Both the position numbers and the translations under genes were made by a program. The notes below the pieces were generated by a model. That model did not search any database and was not told where the DNA came from. It saw only the letters and a program-made list of their open reading frames with translations. A stretch of DNA of 64,000 bases, taken from the IMG/VR virus record IMGVR_UViG_3300047321_000238, positions 183,884 through 247,883 of that record; one strand, given 5' to 3'. Positions 7,900 to 16,590 of this stretch are shown one piece after another; position 1 is the stretch's first letter; every line of letters begins with the position of its first letter.

Positions 7900-9684
7900 T
7901 TAAGCAGTCATAATGTCTATTACATTTAATGTGTATGCTCCATTCATAAATGATTTAGTAATTTCTCCAGCAATATGAATTGTAGATGGGCAATGTAATT
8001 CTTCTATATATTTAGAACCAAATCCCCATGCCCAAACGTCATGTCTTTGCTTTCCTTGTTTAACTGTGAACTTAATGTTTTCAGGATTATTCTTTGAAAG
8101 AGTATATCCTAATACTTTTAAATCAGTTAATGCAAATGTAGGATTCTTAAATTCCTTACCATTGCAAGGGAACATATTAACTATTGCATAGATTACTTTA
8201 CTTAAATGATTTAATGAAATGATTTCATCTATCTTTAATACTTCTTCGAATATTTCATCTGTACCATCTAATAGTTCGTCTTGTATTATTATAGCTTGAT
8301 TAAAGTATGTCTTTATCAATTCTATCTTATCTATATCAAATGTGCACACACACGCTGCAGAGTGACCACCGTATTCGATTATAAGTCCTAAGTGTTTCAT
8401 TTGCTTAAATAGTTCTATCATATCAATGTTATTATAAGTTCTTACTGAACCATGATAATGTCCATCAGCAGTCATTGTAGCGACTATAGCAGGTTTCTTA
8501 AATCCTTCTGCTATCTTTCCTGCTATGATTCCAAGTATTCCATTTGGATATTCATTAGTTGTAAAGATACAAACTTCATCTTTATCATAGTTCATTTTAG
8601 CAATCTTAGTTTGTGCTTTCTTTGTTATAGCTTTTCTATCTTCATTAGTTTTCATAATGTTCATTACATCTTGTTTGATAGTATCAGTTACAAAAAATAA
8701 CTTACTTGCTAATGCTGTGTCACCCATTCTACCGCAAGCATTAATCATTGGAGCAACTGACCAAAGAATATCTTTAGAAGTCATTACATCGATCTTAGCT
8801 AATTCTTTTAATACTTTAATACCTTGTGGGCAATCTTCTCCGTTGATTATTTCTAATCCGTATTGTACTAAAGCTACGTTTTCTTCATTCATAGGCATTA
8901 CATCTGCAAGTGTAGCAAATGCTAAGTATGGAGTGTAGTTCATCATATCATATATATTAAAATTCTCTTGAACCAATTGTGCTACTTTAAATGCTACTCC
9001 GCATCCACATAGATGTTTGAATGTATCATCTTGTTCGATATCTGCATTATGAGGATTAACTACAAGACAATCTGGCGTTTCACCTTTTTTAGATGGGTGA
9101 TGGTCTGTAACTACTACTTCTATTCCATTGTCTTTAAGAAGTTTAACTTCTTCTTTTTTAGTTATACCATTATCTACAGTAATAACTAATACATCTTTAG
9201 TTCCTTTGTTAGTAATTACAGATGTACAGAAAGGAATGTTTATTCCATATCCATTTATTCTATTTGGGAAGATAACTATAACTTCACAAGTAGTTAATGC
9301 TCTCAATACGTCTGCAAGTAAGTATCCACTTGTAACACCATCTACATCGTAGTCAGCATAGATATATATTATAGCATTAGGATTATTTAAATATGTTGTA
9401 ATCAAATCAGCAGATGCTTTAGCATTAACTAAATCATAAGGATTTGTAATAGAAACATTAATGTTGTTAAATAGAGTGTCAACCTTAGTTTGATTGTCAA
9501 TGTTTCTATTTATTAAAATGCAACTTATTAATTTTTCTACTTCTTCCTTAGCTACATTTCTAAATAAATCTTCTTTAGTTACATTTAATGTGTAACACAA
9601 TCTAGCTATTAATTTATCTTTATCTATAAGGTTTGAAACATTGATTATCTTTTCATCTAGTTGTTTGCTTGTTTCCCATTTCAT
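7900..9684 (-). CDS. recJ: RecJ-like ssDNA exonuclease (DHH family)
   Basis: IYADYDVDGVTS, PNRINGYG, ITVDNGI, VTDHH, LCGCGVAFK, ATLADVMP, APMINACGRM, GSVR and YGGHSAA. Confidence 0.95.
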   Translation of the reverse strand: MKWETSKQLDEKIINVSNLIDKDKLIARLCYTLNVTKEDLFRNVAKEEVEKLISCILINRNIDNQTKVDTLFNNINVSITNPYDLVNAKASADLITTYLNNPNAIIYIYADYDVDGVTSGYLLADVLRALTTCEVIVIFPNRINGYGINIPFCTSVITNKGTKDVLVITVDNGITKKEEVKLLKDNGIEVVVTDHHPSKKGETPDCLVVNPHNADIEQDDTFKHLCGCGVAFKVAQLVQENFNIYDMMNYTPYLAFATLADVMPMNEENVALVQYGLEIINGEDCPQGIKVLKELAKIDVMTSKDILWSVAPMINACGRMGDTALASKLFFVTDTIKQDVMNIMKTNEDRKAITKKAQTKIAKMNYDKDEVCIFTTNEYPNGILGIIAGKIAEGFKKPAIVATMTADGHYHGSVRTYNNIDMIELFKQMKHLGLIIEYGGHSAACVCTFDIDKIELIKTYFNQAIIIQDELLDGTDEIFEEVLKIDEIISLNHLSKVIYAIVNMFPCNGKEFKNPTFALTDLKVLGYTLSKNNPENIKFTVKQGKQRHDVWAWGFGSKYIEELHCPSTIHIAGEITKSFMNGAYTLNVIDIMTA

Positions 9685-9835
9685 TTAAATAACACTCCCA
9701 TTTCTCATCGATTAATGTTTCTAGTAAGGCGTTCTTGCCACTCTTTTCATAGTGAGCAGTTAGAATAGCCATTTTTTTAATATGTTCTTTTGTTAATGTA
9801 GTTGTAAACTTTGTTCTTTCATTGTTAGCTTTCAT
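9653..9835 (-). CDS. Small RHH-like transcription regulator (60 aa)
   Basis: RTKFTTTL strand followed by two amphipathic helices; AAGGAG RBS favours the start at 9835. Confidence 0.65.
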   Translation of the reverse strand: MKANNERTKFTTTLTKEHIKKMAILTAHYEKSGKNALLETLIDEKWECYLNEMGNKQTTR

Positions 9836-9860
9836 GTCATCTAACTCCTTTATATATACT

Positions 9861-9889
9861 ATTATACGTGTTGTACGTATGAATGTCAA
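9861..9889 (-). promoter_or_regulatory. Consensus sigma-A promoter overlapped by a TACGT-N5-ACGTA operator
   Basis: TTGACA-17 bp-TATAAT on the minus strand; inverted repeat at 9865-9879. Confidence 0.85.
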
Positions 9890-9890
9890 G

Positions 9891-9911
9891 AGAAAAGGCA
9901 AAAAAGCCTTA
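9891..9911 (-). terminator. Probable terminator after the sigma factor gene
   Basis: AAGGC-N6-GCCTT stem followed by TTCTCTT on the minus strand. Confidence 0.5.
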
Positions 9912-9930
9912 CTCTTTTAGAAATATTTTC

Positions 9931-10818
9931 CTAACCTGTAGGAAGTATTGCTTTCTTGCCACTTTTTCGTGTTCTCTTTATGCTTTCTAATTCAATACCT
10001 AAGTTCTCTGCTATTTTCTTAGCAGCACTTCTTCTACGTTGATTAACTGTATTTATATGCATTCCGAAATGGTCTGCTATTTGTTTATCTTTCCATTCTT
10101 CAAGATAGTATTTAATTAATATCTTTCTATCTAACGGAGTAAGGTTAGAGAATATATCTGAACAGTTACTTCCCATTACCCAATCTGTATTTGGAATACC
10201 AGTTAAGTCTTCATAGTAGTTGTCCTCATAAGAGTTTTCTATATCGTAATCTGTTTCTCCGTTTATACAATCTTCATATTCTAAATTCTTGTAAGCTATA
10301 TTGATTGGATCTTTTATAAAGTTCTTAATGAATCTACATACTTCGTATCTGTAAGCATTGTATACATAGGAACAAAAGTTTCTACCCATTTGCTTGTACC
10401 TTTTTGCAATAGTTAGCAATAACGTTTGCAGGTCTGATATAATCTCAACTTCCGTAAGAGAGCCATAGGTTTCTTTTATAAAATTGAATTTAACATATAT
10501 ATCATTTCTATAAGTAGCTTTTTGTTTCTTACGCTTAAGTGCTTTCTGTAAGTTCTTATCACTTATGAAGTTACATACGAACAGTTTCATTTCTTTATCA
10601 TTCCAATCGATTTGACCAGACGTTAATAATGAAGCGTACTTTTTAAATAATGGTATAAATTTCTCAAGTAATTGTTGACCAGCTATTTTTGCTTGTGTAA
10701 CCTCTAAAGGTGTAGCACCTTCATGGAATTGTTTTTGAAATTGCATAACATTGTCTTCGATATCCTGCCACTCTTTAAGTCTTTCATTATAGTTCTCATC
10801 TGCTTCTGAATAATACAT
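9931..10818 (-). CDS. Phage sigma-70-family RNA polymerase sigma factor
   Basis: Region-2-like EIISDLQTLLLTIAKRY...NFCSYV and region-4 HTH LTPLDRKILIKYYLEEWKDKQIADHFGMHINTVNQRR. Confidence 0.85.
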   Translation of the reverse strand: MYYSEADENYNERLKEWQDIEDNVMQFQKQFHEGATPLEVTQAKIAGQQLLEKFIPLFKKYASLLTSGQIDWNDKEMKLFVCNFISDKNLQKALKRKKQKATYRNDIYVKFNFIKETYGSLTEVEIISDLQTLLLTIAKRYKQMGRNFCSYVYNAYRYEVCRFIKNFIKDPINIAYKNLEYEDCINGETDYDIENSYEDNYYEDLTGIPNTDWVMGSNCSDIFSNLTPLDRKILIKYYLEEWKDKQIADHFGMHINTVNQRRRSAAKKIAENLGIELESIKRTRKSGKKAILPTG

Positions 10819-10821
10819 AGA

Positions 10822-11352
10822 TTACATACCTCCTAATAATAACTTTTTAGCTTTTTTGTCTGCTGAAATTCGTTTTTTGTTGGTATAATAATCCACCCAT
10901 TCACCTTTGCTAAGTACTACAACCTTTAAGTTTCTGTCAGGATATTTACACATAAACATTTTTCTCTTTAATTCAAAGTCAGCTGTTGCTATACCTTTTG
11001 GATCCACAACCTCATTGTGTCCATCAGCATAGTTAACATCGAAATCGCTAATGTATTTAATAGCTTGTACCGTTGGAGCTTTTGTTTGTCTTTTAATTTT
11101 ATTGAAGTTTGGATCATCTCCAAAAACAGCTTGTCCATCTACAATCATGAACTTGTCCTGTAATATGAATTCAGGTTGTAGAGTAAAGCTAGTTACTATT
11201 CCTTTAGCTTTTAAATCTTTTAAGTGTTCGTAATACTGCGATTCCATCTTTGAATCAAATATAATGTCATCCACTGTTGTCTTTGTATGCTTAATCTTTC
11301 CTGAGCTTAACTTAGGTTTAACTGATTTTTTACTCTTGAATCTTCTAGCCAT
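10822..11352 (-). CDS. DUF1064-like PD-(D/E)XK endonuclease
   Basis: VDDIIFDSKMESQYY, LQPEFILQ, IKYISDF, VVDPKG and FELKRKMF. Confidence 0.85.
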   Translation of the reverse strand: MARRFKSKKSVKPKLSSGKIKHTKTTVDDIIFDSKMESQYYEHLKDLKAKGIVTSFTLQPEFILQDKFMIVDGQAVFGDDPNFNKIKRQTKAPTVQAIKYISDFDVNYADGHNEVVDPKGIATADFELKRKMFMCKYPDRNLKVVVLSKGEWVDYYTNKKRISADKKAKKLLLGGM

Positions 11353-11377
11353 TTATAAATTTCCCCCTTAATATTAA

Positions 11378-11506
11378 CTACTTACTTTTCTTAGCAGTAG
11401 CTTTATCTTTAGTCTTAGTTGGTTTAGCTTTAGAATCTTTAACTAGTGAAGTTATTTCTTTAACTTCTTTAGGTTGATGTCCTACATATTCTTTAAGTTC
11501 TAACAT
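11378..11506 (-). CDS. Small Lys-rich protein (42 aa, not in ORF track)
   Basis: MLELKEYVGHQPKEVKEITSLVKDSKAKPTKTKDKATAKKSK; AGGAGGTGA RBS; fills the gap between genes. Confidence 0.7.
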   Translation of the reverse strand: MLELKEYVGHQPKEVKEITSLVKDSKAKPTKTKDKATAKKSK

Positions 11507-11522
11507 TACATTCACCTCCTTG

Positions 11523-12236
11523 TTATTTCCATCCTCTGCAATAGTTCTTATAAGAGCAACTTTGACACATGTGTGATTCTCTTGGGTAAAAGGCTTTATT
11601 GTTTATCCCTGTAGCTACTCCTTCTATAGTAGCAAGTAACCTATTATAATCGTTTTCTGTTCTTGCTGTTATGAAGTCTTTACCAGATTTAACATTATGG
11701 ACTTTAGTTGCATAGATTTGATTGTCCTTATTTGAGTTGTTAAATGACATCATATCTATTGAATACTTTAACTTAGTATCCACTTCTAATTGGTCAGGCA
11801 ATCTTGATGAGAAATTCATAATTAGAAATTCTAACTTCTTATCTTTGTTGATTGCAACTGGGTTCATTATTCCTTCTAATATAGTTTCTTTATGTGTTAT
11901 CATATATCTAACATCAGAATCTATTACAGCAATTTGATTACTGCATGCCCAGTTATAGAAGTTTCTTAATTGAAATATTGCATCGGTATATTGTTTTGTA
12001 CTTATGATATCCATGTAAGGTTTGGCTAGAGATTCAAACTTGGTTGTTATCATGTTCATAGTCGGAGTCTTCAAGTTGTTTACTACATAGAAGTAAAAGT
12101 ACTTAGATACTGTATTCAGTATTGAGTTTATTGAGAAAGCATCTTCTATTACTATTTTTTTATTATATTTCATATCGTACTTTGCAGGACAATATATATA
12201 ATCAAATAATTGTTGTTCTGTTAAACTAGTTTGCAT
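11523..12236 (-). CDS. Cas4/AddB-like PD-(D/E)XK-fold protein with four Fe-S-type cysteines and a degenerate nuclease motif
   Basis: N-terminal YIYCP and C-terminal FYPRESHMCQSCSYKNYC. Confidence 0.75.
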   Translation of the reverse strand: MQTSLTEQQLFDYIYCPAKYDMKYNKKIVIEDAFSINSILNTVSKYFYFYVVNNLKTPTMNMITTKFESLAKPYMDIISTKQYTDAIFQLRNFYNWACSNQIAVIDSDVRYMITHKETILEGIMNPVAINKDKKLEFLIMNFSSRLPDQLEVDTKLKYSIDMMSFNNSNKDNQIYATKVHNVKSGKDFITARTENDYNRLLATIEGVATGINNKAFYPRESHMCQSCSYKNYCRGWK

Positions 12237-12390
12237 TACTACACAACTCCATTCTTTTACATTCATCCTTTGATAACTGTCTATAAGAACTGTTTTCAGA
12301 GAACAAGTTTTTTAATATGTCAAATTCCTTAGTTGTAAGAATCGAGTTAACATCGTTATCATAGTTATGCACAAGAATGAAGTTGCTCAT
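12226..12390 (-). CDS. Hypothetical protein (54 aa, not in ORF track)
   Basis: MSNFILVHNYDNDVNSILTTKEFDILKNLF...; AAGGAGG RBS; overlaps the start of the next gene. Confidence 0.6.
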   Translation of the reverse strand: MSNFILVHNYDNDVNSILTTKEFDILKNLFSENSSYRQLSKDECKRMELCSNAN

Positions 12391-12403
12391 TAATAACGCC
12401 TCC

Positions 12404-12871
12404 TTATATAATTTTGCTTTTTGTTTTATAATATATAGAACATGCTAATGAAAAGTGTGCACCTGGAGTATTAGGATTAGGTATTAATAATACCATTGGG
12501 TGATCCTTTCCTAGTTGTCCCTCTATAGCTTGGAATATAGATTCAATATAAGTTTGAGGTACTTTTATATCCTCATTTAATTCATTCAATAACTTTCTTG
12601 CTTTGAATAGATTTTCAAAGTCTGACTCTCCATATTTGTAAGCTATATTATGAAGAAGAGAAGCAGCTGCTAGAACATCTACGAACAATGCATAATTGTT
12701 ATCAGCTATTAACTTATCATTCTTAAGCAAGAAGAACATCCACTCTGTTACTTGAACTGCATCTTCAGCAGTTTCATCAGTAGCATAAATTTCTACAGCT
12801 TTTGAAGTTAACTCTTTAATGCTTATATCTTGTATTCTTTCTACATAAGTACTATATGTTGATTTATCCAT
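12404..12871 (-). CDS. HD-domain-like protein with degenerate metal ligands
   Basis: DVLAAASLLHNI in place of the usual LLHD; IFQAIEGQLG in place of an aIxxHxG motif. Confidence 0.5.
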   Translation of the reverse strand: MDKSTYSTYVERIQDISIKELTSKAVEIYATDETAEDAVQVTEWMFFLLKNDKLIADNNYALFVDVLAAASLLHNIAYKYGESDFENLFKARKLLNELNEDIKVPQTYIESIFQAIEGQLGKDHPMVLLIPNPNTPGAHFSLACSIYYKTKSKII

Positions 12872-12885
12872 TAAGTGTTATCCCC

Positions 12886-13158
12886 CTAGTTCTCTTCTTT
12901 ATTTGCTTTTGCAAACTCTGCTATATGTTCATCATGTATTGCTTTAACACAATCCATACATATGCATTGGTCTACTCCGCTAGTTCTTACGAATATAGCT
13001 TTCTTGTTTGCTATCTTCCCTTTAAGTTCTGCTTGTGCTTCATAAGCACCTATCTTCTTTTCTGCACAAAGTTTCTTTGCACATATTGTACAGTAATCAT
13101 TGTCACCTGCTATTTTAAGAAAATCATTTATAGCTGTAACTCCATTATATATTGCCAT
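12886..13158 (-). CDS. Small zinc-finger-like hypothetical protein
   Basis: CTIC and CICMDC motifs; AAGGAGG RBS. Confidence 0.65.
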   Translation of the reverse strand: MAIYNGVTAINDFLKIAGDNDYCTICAKKLCAEKKIGAYEAQAELKGKIANKKAIFVRTSGVDQCICMDCVKAIHDEHIAEFAKANKEEN

Positions 13159-13184
13159 TATTATTCCTCCTTTAATTTATGTTT

Positions 13185-13200
13185 GGGGGACTTAGCCCCC
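13185..13200. other. Strong GC hairpin after the small-peptide cluster
   Basis: GGGGG-ACTTAG-CCCCC; no U-tract follows on the coding (minus) strand. Confidence 0.7.
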
Positions 13201-13208
13201 GTTATTTG

Positions 13209-13352
13209 CTATTTACCTTTTGTCATTTTAGCAGGCATAGTAGTTGATTTCTTAGCTGCAGGTTTAGTAGCAGTTTTCTTTGCTCCCTTTTTAGCAGTTG
13301 CTTTTTTATCAGTTGCCTTAGCATCTTTTTTAGCGAATGGTATGAAAGCCAT
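13209..13352 (-). CDS. Histone-H1-like Lys/Ala-rich peptide (47 aa, not in ORF track)
   Basis: MAFIPFAKKDAKATDKKATAKKGAKKTATKPAAKKSTTMPAKMTKGK; AGGAGGTGA RBS. Confidence 0.8.
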   Translation of the reverse strand: MAFIPFAKKDAKATDKKATAKKGAKKTATKPAAKKSTTMPAKMTKGK

Positions 13353-13386
13353 AATGTTCACCTCCTTTTATCATTTGTTAGTTAAC

Positions 13387-13527
13387 CTACTTGCTAGCAC
13401 TCATTCTTGTAGCATTGCTAATTGTTTTAGCATTGCAAGTAGTAACTTTGTTTGTAGTTAAACTTGATCCTATTGAACTAGGAACAACTACAGATGGTCC
13501 AGATGTCTTCTTTGGAAATGTAGGCAT
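13387..13527 (-). CDS. Small basic Ser/Thr-rich peptide (46 aa, not in ORF track)
   Basis: MPTFPKKTSGPSVVVPSSIGSSLTTNKVTTCNAKTISNATRMSASK; AGGAGGTGA RBS. Confidence 0.8.
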   Translation of the reverse strand: MPTFPKKTSGPSVVVPSSIGSSLTTNKVTTCNAKTISNATRMSASK

Positions 13528-13560
13528 AGATTTCACCTCCTTATAATGTATTGCTTACTA

Positions 13561-13689
13561 CTATTTACTTGCACTCATTCTTGTACTTTTGTTAGCAGTC
13601 TTTGCATTTGGTGCAGTTGGTTTTTTAGTAGTTAAGCTTTTACCAATCTTTGCAGGTTTAGTAATTTTTGTTGTAGTCTTCTTAGCCAT
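13561..13689 (-). CDS. Small basic Lys/Thr-rich peptide (42 aa), paralog of 13387-13527
   Basis: MAKKTTTKITKPAKIGKSLTTKKPTAPNAKTANKSTRMSASK; GGAGGTGA RBS. Confidence 0.8.
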   Translation of the reverse strand: MAKKTTTKITKPAKIGKSLTTKKPTAPNAKTANKSTRMSASK

Positions 13690-13718
13690 GTTAGTCACCT
13701 CCCTTCAATGTCATGTTA

Positions 13719-14903
13719 TTAAGATTGGATAATGATTTGGTCATATCTCTTGTTATCTTCTTTTTTACATTCCATACATAGAGAGTAGTAAGGTCTGAAC
13801 TTAGTGTAGGTTCTTCCTTTGAATGAAGACTTCTTGTTTTTGCTCCAGTCAATTTCAATAATCGCTCCTAGTTTATCTTCAGCCATATCATCTGCCCAGT
13901 ATATCTTAGCTCCACCTTTGTTCTTAGAAACATCATTGTAAACTAACCAAACTACAGAAGCTTCATATAATAATGTATTTGCTTCTTTTAAATCATCTAC
14001 GCCTGGTCTTCTATTACCATTAAGTTTTCTTAAGTGAGATGAAGAGAAAACAACTATGTCATAATCAACAGATAAGTCTTTAACAAAAGCTGCTGTGAAC
14101 TCTGCTTTTTGTTTATCTGATGTTGTATTAAAATCTAATTTAATATCATTTATAGAATCTATAGCTATTATGATATTCATTTCAGGATCGATAGACTTAA
14201 CAAAGGTTTGTACCTTTATGATATGCTTCTTTAAATCAGTTTGATTTTTAATCTTAGTAGTATCTTCTATTTTAAATAAGTTAGATTCTTCTCTAAGTTT
14301 CTTTAAACCAATTTCTCTTTTCTTTAATTGATCTTCAAAGATTAAAGCGTTATCATCATCGCCATGGTCTATCATGTTTTGAAATCTCTTTGGCTTAGAT
14401 GCAACTGCTATTGGTATTTGTTGTTCCATAGCAATTATTCTAGGAATGATTTCATTCTTACTATCATCTAATGAATAGTAAACACCATATAATTTATTTT
14501 CTTTGCAAGAACATATATCTTTAAGTATGTTCATCATTAAGGCAGACTTACCACTGTTTGATTCTCCAGCAAATAAGTAAAGTCCAGATTCTAAACCTTC
14601 AAGTCTTGCTTCCATTTCTGGATAACCAGGTATCTTATATCCGTCTCCTTTGTTCCATGCTCTTTCATCAAAGTTCTCATAATCATTTCTAGTTGTTGCA
14701 AAGAAATCTTCCATAATAACATCTTCTGATGATTCTACAGTTTCTTCTTCTTTTAAAAGAACGTTCTCAAGAGTTTGTACAGAATCTACATTGTAGATAT
14801 CTTGGTCATCTTGCTCTATGATATCTTTGCTTTCTATAACTTCCTCTTTGATAATCTTTGGAACAATATTAACTGATGGTTTTTTCCCTGGTAACTTAAT
14901 CAT
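13719..14903 (-). CDS. DnaB-like (SF4) replicative helicase
   Basis: Walker A AGESNSGKS; YYSLDD; Walker B IIAIDS; SHLRK...RRPGVDDLKE; KNKK. Confidence 0.88.
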   Translation of the reverse strand: MIKLPGKKPSVNIVPKIIKEEVIESKDIIEQDDQDIYNVDSVQTLENVLLKEEETVESSEDVIMEDFFATTRNDYENFDERAWNKGDGYKIPGYPEMEARLEGLESGLYLFAGESNSGKSALMMNILKDICSCKENKLYGVYYSLDDSKNEIIPRIIAMEQQIPIAVASKPKRFQNMIDHGDDDNALIFEDQLKKREIGLKKLREESNLFKIEDTTKIKNQTDLKKHIIKVQTFVKSIDPEMNIIIAIDSINDIKLDFNTTSDKQKAEFTAAFVKDLSVDYDIVVFSSSHLRKLNGNRRPGVDDLKEANTLLYEASVVWLVYNDVSKNKGGAKIYWADDMAEDKLGAIIEIDWSKNKKSSFKGRTYTKFRPYYSLCMECKKEDNKRYDQIIIQS

Positions 14904-14915
14904 GACTTCTTCCCC

Positions 14916-15956
14916 CTATTTATATATCTTGCATTCTTTCCCTACACATAATCCACTATCTTTAATTGATGCACAACCGTATCTTCTTCCCGATTGTACT
15001 TGTTGATAAGCACTTAACACTGTTGTATTAATCTCTGATTCTGAAAGGCTTGGATCATTTCTCTCATCATTCCATTTATGTAACATAGATGAAGTAGTGT
15101 CAAAATCAACACCTTGTTGAAAGAAGGCAGAGGCTAGTATAATAGTAGTGTTATTTCTATTCCCCTCTGCACAACCATTTTTATATATGTCTTGAATGCA
15201 ACTAGGGAATTTAACTTTAGATAAATCAACATTGGTAGGAATTGCTCTGTTCTTTTGTTTTTGTAATGCTACTTCTTTTAAAGTAGTTTTTATGGAGTTA
15301 TATTTATTAATAGCTTTATCAACAGGTTGTACTTCTTTTGAAGTAACACTCTTTGGGCTTGTAGCATATTCTCTAATCTCTTCATATGTAAACTTTAATA
15401 TGTCTGCATATGTGATTGGAACTTTATATAAGCCTGTCTTACCGTTGATACTGTTTGGTAATCTTAATAGTCTTTTCTTATCATATATCTTTATATCTAT
15501 TATCGGTAGGATAGTGTTTTCACTTAACTCTTTAGCTATTATCTTGTAGTATACATTCAAGTCTTTATCAGGCTTTATGTTAAATACTTTAGCAGGTATC
15601 ATTAAGTGGAAACCTTTCTTTCCTGTGAAATAGAACTTTATATAATCTGTTGGTATATCGTACTGTAGATTAAGATATGTAATGATTCTAGCTAAGTCAG
15701 CTTTTAGTTTGCTATATTCTTCGTTAGAATTGAACTCCATGTCTAAGTCTAGATACATGGGACCAAACAAGTCACTATCGTTTTGATCGTCTTTATTATA
15801 TTGAAATACTGTAGCATATACATCAGTGTTATTAAACTTACTTCTTATTTCAGTTTTTTTATCTATTGAAGTATATATCTTTCTTCCAAATACTTTTTGA
15901 GAATTAATATTATACGTTCCACCCATTTCTATATACCACATACGTCCATCCTCCAT
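14916..15956 (-). CDS. Archaeo-eukaryotic-type primase with a C-terminal PriCT/PriL-like domain
   Basis: YLDLD, FTGKKGFH and IYDKKRLLRLP motifs; C-terminal PSCI...EGNRNN...YGC...C...C. Confidence 0.85.
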   Translation of the reverse strand: MEDGRMWYIEMGGTYNINSQKVFGRKIYTSIDKKTEIRSKFNNTDVYATVFQYNKDDQNDSDLFGPMYLDLDMEFNSNEEYSKLKADLARIITYLNLQYDIPTDYIKFYFTGKKGFHLMIPAKVFNIKPDKDLNVYYKIIAKELSENTILPIIDIKIYDKKRLLRLPNSINGKTGLYKVPITYADILKFTYEEIREYATSPKSVTSKEVQPVDKAINKYNSIKTTLKEVALQKQKNRAIPTNVDLSKVKFPSCIQDIYKNGCAEGNRNNTTIILASAFFQQGVDFDTTSSMLHKWNDERNDPSLSESEINTTVLSAYQQVQSGRRYGCASIKDSGLCVGKECKIYK

Positions 15957-16564
15957 ATAACTTTGTTCTTCTTAGATGCTTTAGCGTTTTCTATATCTAA
16001 TTCAAGATACTCAACGCATTCTGTCTCATAGTTTCTTAAGTCATATAATGAAGTGGCTTTACAGCCTAATGAACTTACATAGTCTATTAGATGAAGTAAG
16101 AAGTCTACAGATTCAATGAAACCATATTTAGAGTAATCTTTCAACAAGTATTTTATTGAACCTAACTCTTTTTCTTTATTCATCCAATCTATATTTACTT
16201 TAAATGTTTTAGTAAAGTAATCTAATAGATTTTCTATAGAATATTGTATTTTCATTTCTATATAAAATGGAAACGACTTGTCCCATGTTGGAGGTGGAGA
16301 TAATATTTGAAGTTCTTTGTGGTAATAAAACTTATTTCTTACTAGTAAAGAACTTTCCCATAAATTATCTGGAATATCTTCTGGATATAATACATCTTTA
16401 TTAGGAAAATCATTTATTATACTTGTTAGTAATTGTTTTCTTGTACAACCCGATTCACTTAAAAATCCAAATATCATAGATGTCTTAATTAAGCTTTCTT
16501 GTTCTTCAGGAAATTCTCCAACTACGAAATTATAATAAAAATTATTCAATTCATTAAAATCCAT
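15929..16564 (-). CDS. Hypothetical protein, first gene of the replication operon
   Basis: 211-aa ORF with GGAGG RBS, overlapping the primase start. Confidence 0.75.
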   Translation of the reverse strand: MDFNELNNFYYNFVVGEFPEEQESLIKTSMIFGFLSESGCTRKQLLTSIINDFPNKDVLYPEDIPDNLWESSLLVRNKFYYHKELQILSPPPTWDKSFPFYIEMKIQYSIENLLDYFTKTFKVNIDWMNKEKELGSIKYLLKDYSKYGFIESVDFLLHLIDYVSSLGCKATSLYDLRNYETECVEYLELDIENAKASKKNKVIWRMDVCGI

Positions 16565-16590
16565 ATTCTATTCCTCCCATATATTTTTTG

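Noticed and set aside
11523-12236. CRISPR-Cas locus based on the Cas4-like gene
   Set aside because: No array or other cas genes; stand-alone Cas4-like genes are common in phages
12856-13461. 201-aa plus-strand ORF
   Set aside because: Antisense shadow of minus-strand small genes that have strong ribosome-binding sites
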